A stretch of 64,000 nt of DNA from Opitutales bacterium (lineage in GTDB: Bacteria > Verrucomicrobiota > Verrucomicrobiia > Opitutales > JAFGAQ01): positions 1,879 through 65,878 of the forward strand of contig JAPXRV010000009.1 of the NCBI GenBank assembly GCA_033813415.1, written 5' to 3'. Within the stretch, counting starts at the first letter, position 1; the number at the start of each line of letters is the position of its first letter. Under the pieces are notes generated by a model. The model saw nothing but the letters and a program-made list of their open reading frames with translations, searched no databases and was not told the DNA's origin. Position numbers and translations under genes: made by a program. Positions 1-9,882 of the stretch are shown here, one piece after another.

Positions 1-1473
1 AATAAAAACCATGTGTGGGCGGACACGGTTTGGAATCGCTTGAAGTGGGTAGGCGAGAACGTTCACATGGCTGCATATGTCCCGACCTATGGAGTGGACG
101 AACTGGGCGACAACCTGCACTTCAGTGCTTCCGGTCAGCGCCAAATGGGTATGAGGTACGCGAATGCGCTGATGGCAATGGATGGAACTTGGCTGGCGGC
201 TGTTCAGGAAATGATGAATGAGCAATCCGAGGACTTGGGCGATGGGTGGAAATCCCATCCGGTCTTTGGGATGTATTTCGACGAGAATTTCCCGGTCATC
301 AAACATGCCCAGCTCGGTTGGGTGAAGTTGAGCGTCAATGCCGATCAGATCGTGCAGTTGGAATCCACCGACTATGGACAGATCAACATATCTCCCGAAT
401 CCTGGACTGGTGGGTTTTACTTGCATCGTGAAGTATCGGATCCAGAGTTGAGGCCGTTTAAAAGAGGGGATGAGTTCTTTGTTAACATTGCTGCCGATGA
501 GGATGAACCCAGGAAGTTCTACAATCATACCATCAATGAGTGGGTTTCCTCTATCGATGATGCTCCGGAATATGAGACGATTCTCGACTACTACTTGAGA
601 GCGGAGCGTCAGTTCGGGAAGACTCAGGAAGCACTTGTAAAGACACAAGGATCTGCGAGGGAAGGAAATTGGAGTGCGACCCGCCTGCACTTGGTGGAAA
701 CGGAGTGGAGCCGTTACTTTACCATATTGTATGCACAGGAAGCATGGAAAGTCATTGGCGAGAGCAAGATCTCCCGTCAGGATGGCGATGTTTGGCGTGC
801 CCGGGTTATGGATTTGATCAGCCGGATTGACGGCGTGTTGATTGATGCACAGCAGAGTTATATCACGCTTGTGACTTCAGGAGTTCCGAGACTTCCGCCT
901 CCTCCCTCGGGAGAGGTGACGCCGGAGCCGAATCCGAATCCGAATCCTGATCCGGATGTTGACCCGGAGGATCCGGAAGATCCAACGGTTGATCCTGATC
1001 GGGGCAATAGTTGGGAGAATCCGATCGTGGTCGGATCGAAGTCAGCTCAGGAAGCTTTTGCTTGGCCACAGACCATTGTTCTCTCAGGGGTGACGACCGG
1101 GGAAGTCAGCATTTATCCGGGTCGTGAGAAATTCAGCTTTCCCTGTTCGAAGGCAACTGAGTGGAAGGAGATGGACATTGATCCTTCAGCCAGGGTGAAC
1201 CTCGCAGTCGGCAATTTCTGGGTGATCCAGAAGATTGGTGAGAAATTCTATGCGATCACAGCGGACTACTTCCGCAAGAATCAGTTTTTCAATCAATGGG
1301 CACCTCAGGTTTTCTCTGAAAAACTCCCTCCGGATTCGCCTGATTCCAGCAATTTGGCGCCAATGTATTACAAGAAGGGTGAGACCTACGGTTTCATGGT
1401 CACTACAGTGGCGCTGAACACCTACAGGACCACGAATGAACGGTCCAACATTGTGATGTTCCAGATGCCCTGA
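1..1473 (+). CDS. Esterase-domain multidomain protein, 5' end outside the window; tandem paralogue of 1713..3767
   Basis: Frame is open from base 1. It carries the end of an SGNH/SASA esterase domain (GDNLHF), a Pro/Asp-rich linker (PPPPSGEVTPEPNPNPNPDPDVDPEDPEDP) and the same C-terminal domain as 1713..3767. It aligns co-linearly with 2307..3767. Confidence 0.9.
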   Translation, partial: NKNHVWADTVWNRLKWVGENVHMAAYVPTYGVDELGDNLHFSASGQRQMGMRYANALMAMDGTWLAAVQEMMNEQSEDLGDGWKSHPVFGMYFDENFPVIKHAQLGWVKLSVNADQIVQLESTDYGQINISPESWTGGFYLHREVSDPELRPFKRGDEFFVNIAADEDEPRKFYNHTINEWVSSIDDAPEYETILDYYLRAERQFGKTQEALVKTQGSAREGNWSATRLHLVETEWSRYFTILYAQEAWKVIGESKISRQDGDVWRARVMDLISRIDGVLIDAQQSYITLVTSGVPRLPPPPSGEVTPEPNPNPNPDPDVDPEDPEDPTVDPDRGNSWENPIVVGSKSAQEAFAWPQTIVLSGVTTGEVSIYPGREKFSFPCSKATEWKEMDIDPSARVNLAVGNFWVIQKIGEKFYAITADYFRKNQFFNQWAPQVFSEKLPPDSPDSSNLAPMYYKKGETYGFMVTTVALNTYRTTNERSNIVMFQMP

Positions 1474-1495
1474 TCGTTCAGGCATGAATGCTTTC

Positions 1496-1529
1496 AAAAG
1501 GCTGTCCCGTTTTCCGGACAGCCTTTTTT
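1496..1529 (+). terminator. Rho-independent terminator
   Basis: AAAAGGCTGTCC-cgttttcc-GGACAGCCTTTTTT, just after the stop at 1473. Confidence 0.85.
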
Positions 1530-1712
1530 GTGGTTTGGAATCCCTGTTTGAGGGGTCTCGCGTGGACTGCTTTGTACAAACAAGACGAGGACAACCCGGA
1601 GGGATGGGGCATCGTATTCGATTTCGGGTTTTGTCCGCGGCGATTCTTGTTGCCCAACTCCTTTCAACGGAAGACAATCAGGCGTTTTACTGTTGTCTGA
1701 TTTTATACCGTC

Positions 1713-3767
1713 ATGCTCAAGACATACAAACGATTTGCAATCCTGCTTTCCATTATTCTGACCACTGTGTCCGGGTATGGTCAGCCGGTCGTCATCCCGT
1801 CGGATAGAGAAGATTTCCACATCTACCTGTTGATGGGTCAATCCAACATGTCGGGAAATGCCGTATTGACCGGAATGGATACCCAGACCGATCCGCGGAT
1901 CCTAAGGTTGAACCGTGGAAACGGTTGGGAGATTGCGAAGGATCCGATTTCTCCGTTGTACAATCCTGCGGTTGGGCCGGGAATGGCATTTGCCAAGCGA
2001 CTGATCGAGGAGAAGCCCGGCATTACGGTGGGTTTGGTTTCCACCGCTATGGGAGGCACTAAGATTTCTCAATGGGAAAGGGGATCGGCGCTCTACGAGA
2101 GTACGAAATGGCGGGCTGGCGAAGCATCCAAACACGGCGTGATCAAGGGCATCCTTTGGCACCAGGGCGAGCATGATGCAATATATGGAACAGATGCCTC
2201 CGTTTATGGCCAGAAGCTGCAGTTGCTGATCGATAACCTGAGAAAGGATCTCGGGAATCCGGATCTTCCTTTTATCGTAGGTGGTTTTGCTCCATCCATT
2301 CTGAAAAACAAGAACCACGTGTGGGCGGACACGGTCTGGAATCGTTTGAAGTGGGTTGGAGAGAACGTTCATATGGCGGCCTATGTTCCAACCTATGAAG
2401 TGGACGAACTCGGCGACAACCTGCACTTCAGTGCTTCCGGTCAGCGCCAGATGGGGACGCGGTACGCGAATGCGCTGATGGCACTCGATGGGACCTGGCT
2501 GTCGGCCGTTCAAGAGATGATGAATGAGCAGTCGGAGGATTTGGGTGAAGGATGGAAATCCCATCCGGTCTTTGGAATGTATTTCGACGAGAATTTCCCG
2601 GTCATCAAACATGCCCAGCTCGGTTGGGTGAAGTTGAGTGTTAACGCGGATCAAATCGTGCAGTTGGAGTCCACCGACTATGGGCAGATCAACGTTTCTC
2701 GCGAGTCGTGGGCAGGTGGCTTTTACCTGCATCGTCAGGTGGATGATCCAGAGTTGAGACCCTACCAAAGAGGGGATGAGTTCTATGTGAATGTTGCCGC
2801 CGATGAGGATGAACCCAGGAAGTTCTACAATCACACGATCAATGAGTGGGTTTCATCGATCGATGGTGCTCCAGAGTACAAGACGATTCTGGACTATTAC
2901 CTGAGAGCAGAGCGTCAGTTTGGAAAGACACAGGAATTGGTTCTCCAGACGCAGATATCTGCAAATGAAGGCAATTGGAGTGCCACACGCAAGAATCTGA
3001 TAGAAGCCGAGTTGAGCCATAATTTGACTGTTCTATATGGGGAGGAAGCTTGGCAAATCATCGGCGAGAGTAAAATCTCCCGTCAGGATGGCGATGTTTG
3101 GCGTGCGCGGGTGTTGGACCTTCTGGGCCGGATAACCCCAGAGTACAAAGTGGCTGAGCAGCGTTACATTGATTTGGTGTCTTCGGGAGCTCCCCAGCTT
3201 CCTCCTCCGCCTTCGGGAGAAGTGACCCCTACCCCCAATCCGGACCCGGATGTTGATCCGGAAGATCCGGAAGATCCAACGGTTGATCCGACGGTGGGCA
3301 CCAGTTGGGACAACCCGATTGTGTTGGGTTCCAAATGCGCGCAGGAAGTTTTCAGCTGGGACGAATCGATCGTTTTGGCTGAAGTCAGAACGGGTGAAGC
3401 CAGTATCTATCCGAGGCGCGAACGGGTGAGCTTTCCGAGTTCAAAGGCAACTGAATGGAAGGAGCTGGACATTGACCCAACCGACAGGGTGAACAATGCC
3501 GTTGGCAACTTCTGGGTGGTTCAGAAGGTTGGCGAGAAGTATTATGCGACCTCGATCGATTATTTCCGCAAGAACAGTTTCTTCAATGATTGGGCTCCGG
3601 GAGTCTTCTCGGAACACCTTCCTCCGGAAGCTAAGAATACCGACGAGCTAAGTCCAATGTATTACGAGAAGGGCGAAACCTATGGTTTGATGGTGACCAC
3701 CCTCGCGTTGAACTCGTTCAGGACAACGAACGAACGGTCCAATATCGTTTTGTTCCAGATGCCCTGA
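1713..3767 (+). CDS. Secreted SASA/CE6-like (sialate O-acetylesterase / acetylxylan esterase-type) SGNH esterase with long C-terminal extension, 684 aa
   Basis: Signal peptide MLKTYKRFAILLSIILTTVSGYGQ; motifs GQSNM, GPGMAFA, GILWHQGE and DNLH; then a helical region, a Pro-rich linker and an uncharacterised C-terminal domain. Confidence 0.85.
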   Translation: MLKTYKRFAILLSIILTTVSGYGQPVVIPSDREDFHIYLLMGQSNMSGNAVLTGMDTQTDPRILRLNRGNGWEIAKDPISPLYNPAVGPGMAFAKRLIEEKPGITVGLVSTAMGGTKISQWERGSALYESTKWRAGEASKHGVIKGILWHQGEHDAIYGTDASVYGQKLQLLIDNLRKDLGNPDLPFIVGGFAPSILKNKNHVWADTVWNRLKWVGENVHMAAYVPTYEVDELGDNLHFSASGQRQMGTRYANALMALDGTWLSAVQEMMNEQSEDLGEGWKSHPVFGMYFDENFPVIKHAQLGWVKLSVNADQIVQLESTDYGQINVSRESWAGGFYLHRQVDDPELRPYQRGDEFYVNVAADEDEPRKFYNHTINEWVSSIDGAPEYKTILDYYLRAERQFGKTQELVLQTQISANEGNWSATRKNLIEAELSHNLTVLYGEEAWQIIGESKISRQDGDVWRARVLDLLGRITPEYKVAEQRYIDLVSSGAPQLPPPPSGEVTPTPNPDPDVDPEDPEDPTVDPTVGTSWDNPIVLGSKCAQEVFSWDESIVLAEVRTGEASIYPRRERVSFPSSKATEWKELDIDPTDRVNNAVGNFWVVQKVGEKYYATSIDYFRKNSFFNDWAPGVFSEHLPPEAKNTDELSPMYYEKGETYGLMVTTLALNSFRTTNERSNIVLFQMP

Positions 3768-3822
3768 TCGTTCAGGAATGAATGCTTTCAAAAGGCTGTC
3801 CCTTCCCGGACAGCCTTTTTTT
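2307..3822 (+). repeat. Second copy of a tandem gene duplication (first copy 1..1529), including the 3' UTR and terminator
   Basis: Long identical nucleotide runs are shared with 1..1529. The post-stop sequence tgatcgttcagg(c/a)atgaatgctttcaaaaggctgtccc is conserved. Confidence 0.9.
3790..3822 (+). terminator. Rho-independent terminator
   Basis: AAAAGGCTGTCC-cttccc-GGACAGCCTTTTTTT; same stem as 1496..1529. Confidence 0.85.
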
Positions 3823-3936
3823 GTGTCGTCTGATGGGCGGGGACGAAAGCGGATATCGACATGATTTTGTACGAACAAGATTTTGACAATCCAGGCTGGA
3901 TGGGTCATCGGATACTTCATGGCTATAGAGAGTGCA

Positions 3937-4713
3937 ATGGAACCGCTTGTGATTGCGGGGAGGCAGTTTCCCTCCCGGTTGCTATTGGGAACCGGAAAGT
4001 TCCCGTCGAACGAGCGGATGCGCGAGACGATTGAGGCGAGCGGGACCGGATTGGTAACGGTGGCGCTCAAACGGGCGAGCCTTTCGGGGAAGGACCCCTA
4101 TGCGGATATTCTGGAATTCATAGACCCGGCGAAGGTGCTGGTGCTTCCGAACACGGCGGGTGCCATGAATGCCGAAGAGGCGATCCGGATAGCGCGTCTG
4201 GCCGTGGCCGCTGGTTTGCCATCATGGGTCAAGCTTGAGATCCATCCGGACCCGAACTACCTGCTTCCGGACCCAATCGAAACCCTCAAAGCTGCGGAGG
4301 TGTTGGTGAAGGAAGGTTTCACCGTGTTGCCCTATATCAATGCGGATCCGGTCTTGGCTTTGCGCCTGCAGGACGTCGGATGTGCCACCGTCATGCCACT
4401 GGGCTCGCCGATTGGGAGTAACCGGGGCATCGAGAACCGCGCTCAGATCGCCATCATCATTGAGCAAGCACGTGTTCCTGTGGTCGTGGATGCGGGGATC
4501 GGGATGCCCAGTCATGCGGCGGCAGCTATCGAGATGGGTGCCGATGCCGTGTTGGTTAACACAGCCATTGCCGTAGCCGGAGACCCGGTTAGGATGGCGC
4601 GTGCCTTTGCCTTGGCGGTTGAAGCGGCCGAAATGGCAAGAGCAAGCGGACAACCCGCTCCGGTGTCGTGGAGAGCATCACCCACCAGTCCATTGACCGC
4701 ATTTGCAAATTGA
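3937..4713 (+). CDS. thiG: Thiazole synthase
   Basis: [48 protein letters not shown]. Alternative start at 3919. Confidence 0.95.
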   Translation: MEPLVIAGRQFPSRLLLGTGKFPSNERMRETIEASGTGLVTVALKRASLSGKDPYADILEFIDPAKVLVLPNTAGAMNAEEAIRIARLAVAAGLPSWVKLEIHPDPNYLLPDPIETLKAAEVLVKEGFTVLPYINADPVLALRLQDVGCATVMPLGSPIGSNRGIENRAQIAIIIEQARVPVVVDAGIGMPSHAAAAIEMGADAVLVNTAIAVAGDPVRMARAFALAVEAAEMARASGQPAPVSWRASPTSPLTAFAN

Positions 4714-4720
4714 GGGCCCA

Positions 4721-5869
4721 ATGAGCTATTCTGAAATAGTATCGAAGGTGCCGGTTGACGCGTTGCTGGAGATCACCCGGCGGGCTTCCCCGGAATCTGT
4801 GAAGGCTGTGTTGAGTCGAGGGAAGGCGTCGGGTCTTGAGGATTTCGCAAGGTTGATTTCTCCGGCCGCTGACAGTTCTCTGGAGTGGCAGGCATCCCTG
4901 GCGCAGGGATTGACCACAAAACACTTCGGAAAGGTCATCCGGTTGTTTGCCCCGCTCTATCTGAGCAATGAATGCATCAACACCTGCAAATACTGTGGGT
5001 TTTCTATGCGCAACCGGATCCCGAGGGTGACGATCCCGGTGACCCAGGTCGTCGAGGAGACCCGCAAGCTGGCCCGCCAAGGGTTCCGGTCGCTTTTGCT
5101 GGTTGCCGGTGAGCATCCCAGGCACGTGTCGAACGGATACGTGGAAGAATGTATCCGGGCCTGTCTTGATCTCATGCCAAGTATCGCGCTCGAGGTTGGC
5201 CCGATGGAGACGGAAGGATACGTCCCATTGGTTCAGGCGGGATGTGAAGGGTTGATTGTCTATCAGGAAACCTATAACCGCGAATGCTACCGTACGCTAC
5301 ACACGGCCGGGCCGAAGAAGAACTATGACTGGCGGCTGGATACTCCCGAACGGGCCTACGATGCCGGGTTCCGCCGGATTGGGATCGGTGCGCTCATGGG
5401 CTTGCATGATTGGCGGTATGAAGCGCTCATGCTGGCTGCCCATGCACAGTATCTGACCCGGCATTGCTGGAAGGCCCAGCTTTCGGTGAGCTTTCCTCGC
5501 ATGCGGCCAGCCTCCGGTGGTTATGAGGTCAATCCCTCCCATATGATCCGTGATCGCGAGATGGTGCGACTGGTTACAGCCCTCAGGTTGCTGCTGCCTC
5601 ATGCCTCTTTTGTTCTTTCGACCCGGGAGAGCCCGGACTTCCGTGATGGCATGATGCGGTTGGGAATCACCCAGATGAGTGCGGGATCATCGACTGAGCC
5701 GGGTGGTTACAGTTCCTTTGATGAGACCGCATGGAAGGCATCCGAATCAGCGGGTGGGGAACAGTTTGTGATTGCCGACGACCGATCACCAGCGGAGGTT
5801 GCTTCGATGATCCGGGAGAGTGGCTACGATCCAGTGTGGAAGGATTTTGACCAGAGTCTGGTGGCTTGA
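4721..5869 (+). CDS. thiH: 2-iminoacetate synthase (radical SAM tyrosine lyase)
   Basis: LFAPLYLSNECINTCKYCGF (CxxxCxxC), YQETY, SFPRMRP, LSTRE, MSAGSSTEPGGY; directly after thiG. ATG 4721 chosen as start. Confidence 0.93.
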   Translation: MSYSEIVSKVPVDALLEITRRASPESVKAVLSRGKASGLEDFARLISPAADSSLEWQASLAQGLTTKHFGKVIRLFAPLYLSNECINTCKYCGFSMRNRIPRVTIPVTQVVEETRKLARQGFRSLLLVAGEHPRHVSNGYVEECIRACLDLMPSIALEVGPMETEGYVPLVQAGCEGLIVYQETYNRECYRTLHTAGPKKNYDWRLDTPERAYDAGFRRIGIGALMGLHDWRYEALMLAAHAQYLTRHCWKAQLSVSFPRMRPASGGYEVNPSHMIRDREMVRLVTALRLLLPHASFVLSTRESPDFRDGMMRLGITQMSAGSSTEPGGYSSFDETAWKASESAGGEQFVIADDRSPAEVASMIRESGYDPVWKDFDQSLVA

Positions 5870-5892
5870 GTCCCACAGCCGTCGGGCGGGTA

Positions 5893-7131
5893 TCAGGGTT
5901 CCGGAGAGCCGCGAACGAGGACTGCCATGTTTTCGATGTGCCGGGTCTGAGGAAACAGATCGACGGGTTGAACTTCATCAATCCGGTATCCGTTCGCGAG
6001 ACACGCTGCAACATCTCTGGCTTGGGTCGCCGGATCGCAGGACACGTAAACCAATCTTGCGGGTGAGAAGCGGAAAAGCTGTTCAAGGAAGACGGTGTCG
6101 CACCCTTTGCGGGGAGGATCGATGACGACCACGCAGTCCTTCCCCGCGAATGGAACTTCGGCGAATACCGCTTCTGCCTGCCCGACCATGAACTTGCAGT
6201 TTTCTTTACGGTTGATCGCGGCATTTGCCCTCGCCCAATGAACGGAGGATTCGTTGATCTCGATGCCGAGAACCTCCTGAAAACTGTCAGCGGCCGATAC
6301 TCCAAACAACCCGCTTCCGCAGTAGGCATCGATCAGGAAGGGAAGGCCGGACGCGGATGCCCGCTGGACTACGGTTTCGACCATCTTGGGCAGTACGAAT
6401 GGATTGTTCTGAAAGAAGTCTCCTGCTTTGAACTGGAAGAGGCATTGCCCCACCCGCTCGGAGATAACCCGTGCATGATCCATTGTCACGCCCTCCATCG
6501 AATCGCGGAGAAGAAGAGTGGCGCCCTTCCGGATCCTGCCCCGTTTTGCGTCCTGTTCCCGTTGCTGACGTGCGAGCAAGAGCGCTTCATTGATCGCTGG
6601 AGTTGCGATTGCGCAAGATTCGACGTCGACAATGCTGGTCCGGCTGGATTGAGCGAGAAATCCCAAGGGGCCGAGGACCCCGTTGCGCGGCTGCTGATGA
6701 TGCGGGGTGATTTTTGAACGGTATCCGAAAATGTGTTCGCTGTGGATTGGAGTCGCAGCCTTGATCTCAATGCCTGCGATCCGGAGGAAAGTCTCCTGAA
6801 CGTGCGAGCGTTTCCACTCCAGTTGAGCGGGATAACTCAAGTGTTGATATTGGCATCCGCCGCATCGGCCAAAGAGCGGACAGATCGGCTGTACGCGATC
6901 TGGCGATGGTTCCAGAACCTCAATCAGGTCGGCCTCTGAGAAGTTTTTGTGGTTGCGGTAGATGCGGGCCCGGACCCGTTCTCCTGGGACGGTGAAGGGA
7001 ACCATGACAACCCAGTCATCGGGCTTGGCGACTCCAGAGCCGAGATTGGTAAGGGAAGTGATATCCAGAACCAACTCCTGATGGTAGGCATACGGCTTGG
7101 GATTGAAGTTTTTAGGTTCCTTATGTGTCAT
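5893..7131 (-). CDS. TRAM-domain RNA uracil-5 methyltransferase (RlmD/TrmA family)
   Basis: N-terminal TRAM domain, CPLFGRCGGCQYQH Fe-S motif, FFQNN, DAYCGSG, DPPRKG, YVSCDPAT, DLFPQTRHIE. Confidence 0.92.
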   Translation of the reverse strand: MTHKEPKNFNPKPYAYHQELVLDITSLTNLGSGVAKPDDWVVMVPFTVPGERVRARIYRNHKNFSEADLIEVLEPSPDRVQPICPLFGRCGGCQYQHLSYPAQLEWKRSHVQETFLRIAGIEIKAATPIHSEHIFGYRSKITPHHQQPRNGVLGPLGFLAQSSRTSIVDVESCAIATPAINEALLLARQQREQDAKRGRIRKGATLLLRDSMEGVTMDHARVISERVGQCLFQFKAGDFFQNNPFVLPKMVETVVQRASASGLPFLIDAYCGSGLFGVSAADSFQEVLGIEINESSVHWARANAAINRKENCKFMVGQAEAVFAEVPFAGKDCVVVIDPPRKGCDTVFLEQLFRFSPARLVYVSCDPATQARDVAACLANGYRIDEVQPVDLFPQTRHIENMAVLVRGSPEP

Positions 7132-7283
7132 GGCTCAGCGATTCCGAAACAAGGCGTAAAGCGTCCGGCTTACAAGCGAATAATCGGCGTGGCCATGGAA
7201 GCGGCCGGTTCCGTTGGGAGAGGATCGGTCGTCCCGAATTGATTCGCGCTTCGGGTCGAATTGCTGTGGACTCCCATCCATCC

Positions 7284-7874
7284 ATGAGCCGCAGTCGAAG
7301 AAATCTTTGGAAAGCCTTCATTGAGGGGAGAGCCGCAGGGAGCTCATCTTCCCGCGATCCCTCTGGGCAGACCCTGCGATTGGCTCCGTTTCAGGGAATG
7401 GTGTTGGGTCTGGATCCTAGTCTCCGTGCCACCGGAGTGGCGGTGGTGGAGTTCCGCGCCCATTCGAATCCGGTGTTGCTTGAGCATGAAACGATTCGGG
7501 TTCCGGCTGCGCGGACGATGCCGGAGTGCCTTGCCCGTATCGCTGAGCGTATCGAGGCGATTGCGCATCGCTTTCCCTTGAAAGACGTTGCGGTGGAGCA
7601 AACTATCTATGTGCAGAACTACCGGACCGCGATGATACTGGGAGCAGCCAAAGGCGCGGCGGTGTCGGTGTTGGCCCGCAGAGGACTTCCGGTCTACGAA
7701 TACCCTCCCTTGCGGGTGAAGCAGGCGGTGGTGGGTTCGGGGCGTGCCCGGAAAGAACAGGTTGCGGCGATGGTAACCCAGATTCTCAATTATTCGGAGT
7801 GGAATGGTGCGGATGAGACCGATGCGGCCGGCGTGGCTCTATGCCACGGATTCAGCCATCGGCTCCAATCTTGA
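7284..7874 (+). CDS. ruvC: Holliday junction resolvase
   Basis: VLGLDPSLRATG, VAVEQTIY, GAAKGAA, VKQAVVGSGRARKEQV, DETDAAGVA. Start moved from 7125 to ATG 7284. Confidence 0.92.
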   Translation: MSRSRRNLWKAFIEGRAAGSSSSRDPSGQTLRLAPFQGMVLGLDPSLRATGVAVVEFRAHSNPVLLEHETIRVPAARTMPECLARIAERIEAIAHRFPLKDVAVEQTIYVQNYRTAMILGAAKGAAVSVLARRGLPVYEYPPLRVKQAVVGSGRARKEQVAAMVTQILNYSEWNGADETDAAGVALCHGFSHRLQS

Positions 7875-7920
7875 TGGGATGCTATGAAGCGCGGGAGGTT
7901 CTCCGCAACGGATTGATCGC

Positions 7921-9882
7921 CTACCAGAAATAGACTTCGCCAAGCAGCACCCCTTCTTCCACTCCCATGGTTCGAAGAAACGGCTCACGCTCTTCCTTCG
8001 CAAGCCCAAGAGCAAGCCCTCCTTTGATGATGAGCTTTCCAACTCCGTAGTGCCCTTCCCTCAGCGACTGGACCAGGGGAATGCAGAAGGCAGCGTCCTT
8101 TAGGATGAACTGGGCGCAGGCGTAGCCGTCAGTAAGCAGTATCACCGATGGCTTCCCCGCGAGCATGTCTTTTGAGCGATCCGGACACTTGTTTGCGAGG
8201 GCCTCCGCCATGTGCCGGGTCTGACAGCATAGGCATACCTGAGGCGGCAACGAATGATCGCTGGATGACTGGATCCCTAGATCGGAAGCGAAGTCGTTCC
8301 AGTCTTTGTCAGCCTCAGATACAGGGCAAGTGGTTGGCTCGTGGCGACCGGGTTCTATGAGTTCAATGTAAGCCTCAATGTTGGCCCGGATGTCTGGATG
8401 AACCGATGCATCCGCGCTGATGGTTTCCAGCAATTCGACGTCGTGGATTCGCCGCAGCAGCATCTGTTGCTCTTCCGGATGTTTGGAACGGGCCAGATAC
8501 TGGAGGATTGTGGCCTGCGACTGAATGCGGTCCAGAGCGGCTTTTCGAATCGCCGGATTCTCGTCGTCTGTAGCGACGTCCACAAGAACCGGGCCATCAC
8601 CGATCCGCGAGATTGCGAGCATCCGGCCGGCCGGATTCGCCTGTGGATCTGCGGCGACCTGAGCCATGACGCCTCCGGACGGGTCCATCCTCTGAACGGC
8701 CGCAACCGCGATGTCGGAGTCATTTCCATTTGCCATGCGGTAGAGCGTCTCCGCATCCATCTTGGAGCAGCTCTGACGCCTGTAGGCCAATGGCAGTTGA
8801 TTGCACCGGGCGATGATCTCAGCATCCTCTGAGGTGAGGTCTCCTCTCAACAGGTTCTGGATGTAGGTTTCCAGCAGCTGTTTGAGAGATGGATCACTGT
8901 GCGGTTCAAGCAAATCGACCAGAAATGCGGTTCCAACCATGGAAAGCGCATATTCCCGGAGTTCGAGTGGAACACCGTCTCCAACGGACAGCGCGTATGC
9001 CTCGTCCTGGTTGATAGAGTCGCGGGTCTTGTCCAAAAGCATTTTGACGATTTCGGCCTGAACGCTCTCGTCAGTTTCCTGACGGTAAAAGTCCAGAAGT
9101 GTTCGCCAGTCCGATATTTTGGCCAGAAGCAGTGTTCTCACCGATGGATCCTTTTCCTTCGGGATCAGGCGCTGGATGAGATCCTGTTGGGAGAGCGGCA
9201 TCGCCTCGATGATTTTGACCCTGGATTTCCGGTCAGGATGGGAAGCCAAGGATCCCATGATTCCTTCGTCCCGAATGTCACCAGAAGCGATCAGGCTGGC
9301 CAGTCTCTCAACTGCGACAAGACGCACTTCATCATCGGGGTGTTCGTCTTTCAATCGCATTAACCGGGACGCGTTTTTCTGCCGGCCTATGTCAGCGATG
9401 TTGGCTTGGGTGAGTTCCTCCTGAAGGACGGATCCTTGGACAATCATCGGAAGCAGGAGCAAAATCCCGAGATACATTGGAAAATCGAGTGCAAAAGGAT
9501 AGGAGCCCCACCAAAAATAGAGGATCGGTTCAATCGAGAAATTCCGCATTGGCATGAATCCACCGATCACCCCGACCGCAAGGACTGCGAGGGCAATAGC
9601 GAGACCGCATCCGATGAGACTCGATCCGAATCCTCTGATCACGACCCTTTCCCGGGTTTTCGCTATAAGAAACCCAACCTTTGCTCCCACGTATGCAAGC
9701 GTGCAGGCGAGTCCCAGCAGGATGAAAAATATCAGGCTCCACCTTGCGAGCCCCGTCCCCATGGGGAAACTCCAATCCACGCTTTTTTGGTCGATTCCGG
9801 GATAGACCAGAAAGGTCGCCAGTTTGCTCCCTAACACAGTGAACATAGCGGCGAAAGTCAGCGTGATTATGCGGGTCTTCAT
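7921..9882 (-). CDS. Hypothetical membrane-anchored alpha-solenoid (HEAT-like repeat) protein, 653 aa
   Basis: About four N-terminal hydrophobic segments, then repeats such as HPDDEVRLVAVERL, EKDPSVRTLLLAKI and DENPAIRKAALDRI. Confidence 0.75.
   Translation of the reverse strand: MKTRIITLTFAAMFTVLGSKLATFLVYPGIDQKSVDWSFPMGTGLARWSLIFFILLGLACTLAYVGAKVGFLIAKTRERVVIRGFGSSLIGCGLAIALAVLAVGVIGGFMPMRNFSIEPILYFWWGSYPFALDFPMYLGILLLLPMIVQGSVLQEELTQANIADIGRQKNASRLMRLKDEHPDDEVRLVAVERLASLIASGDIRDEGIMGSLASHPDRKSRVKIIEAMPLSQQDLIQRLIPKEKDPSVRTLLLAKISDWRTLLDFYRQETDESVQAEIVKMLLDKTRDSINQDEAYALSVGDGVPLELREYALSMVGTAFLVDLLEPHSDPSLKQLLETYIQNLLRGDLTSEDAEIIARCNQLPLAYRRQSCSKMDAETLYRMANGNDSDIAVAAVQRMDPSGGVMAQVAADPQANPAGRMLAISRIGDGPVLVDVATDDENPAIRKAALDRIQSQATILQYLARSKHPEEQQMLLRRIHDVELLETISADASVHPDIRANIEAYIELIEPGRHEPTTCPVSEADKDWNDFASDLGIQSSSDHSLPPQVCLCCQTRHMAEALANKCPDRSKDMLAGKPSVILLTDGYACAQFILKDAAFCIPLVQSLREGHYGVGKLIIKGGLALGLAKEEREPFLRTMGVEEGVLLGEVYFW

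Noticed and set aside
900-995. Short tandem repeats (CCGAAT)n and GATCCGGA as a possible CRISPR or VNTR
   Set aside because: They encode the Pro/Asn/Asp linker and there is no repeat-spacer structure. No CRISPR array was seen anywhere in the window.
7125-7283. N-terminal extension of ruvC
   Set aside because: It overlaps the start of the divergent methyltransferase and is low-complexity and Arg-rich. ATG 7284 is more plausible.
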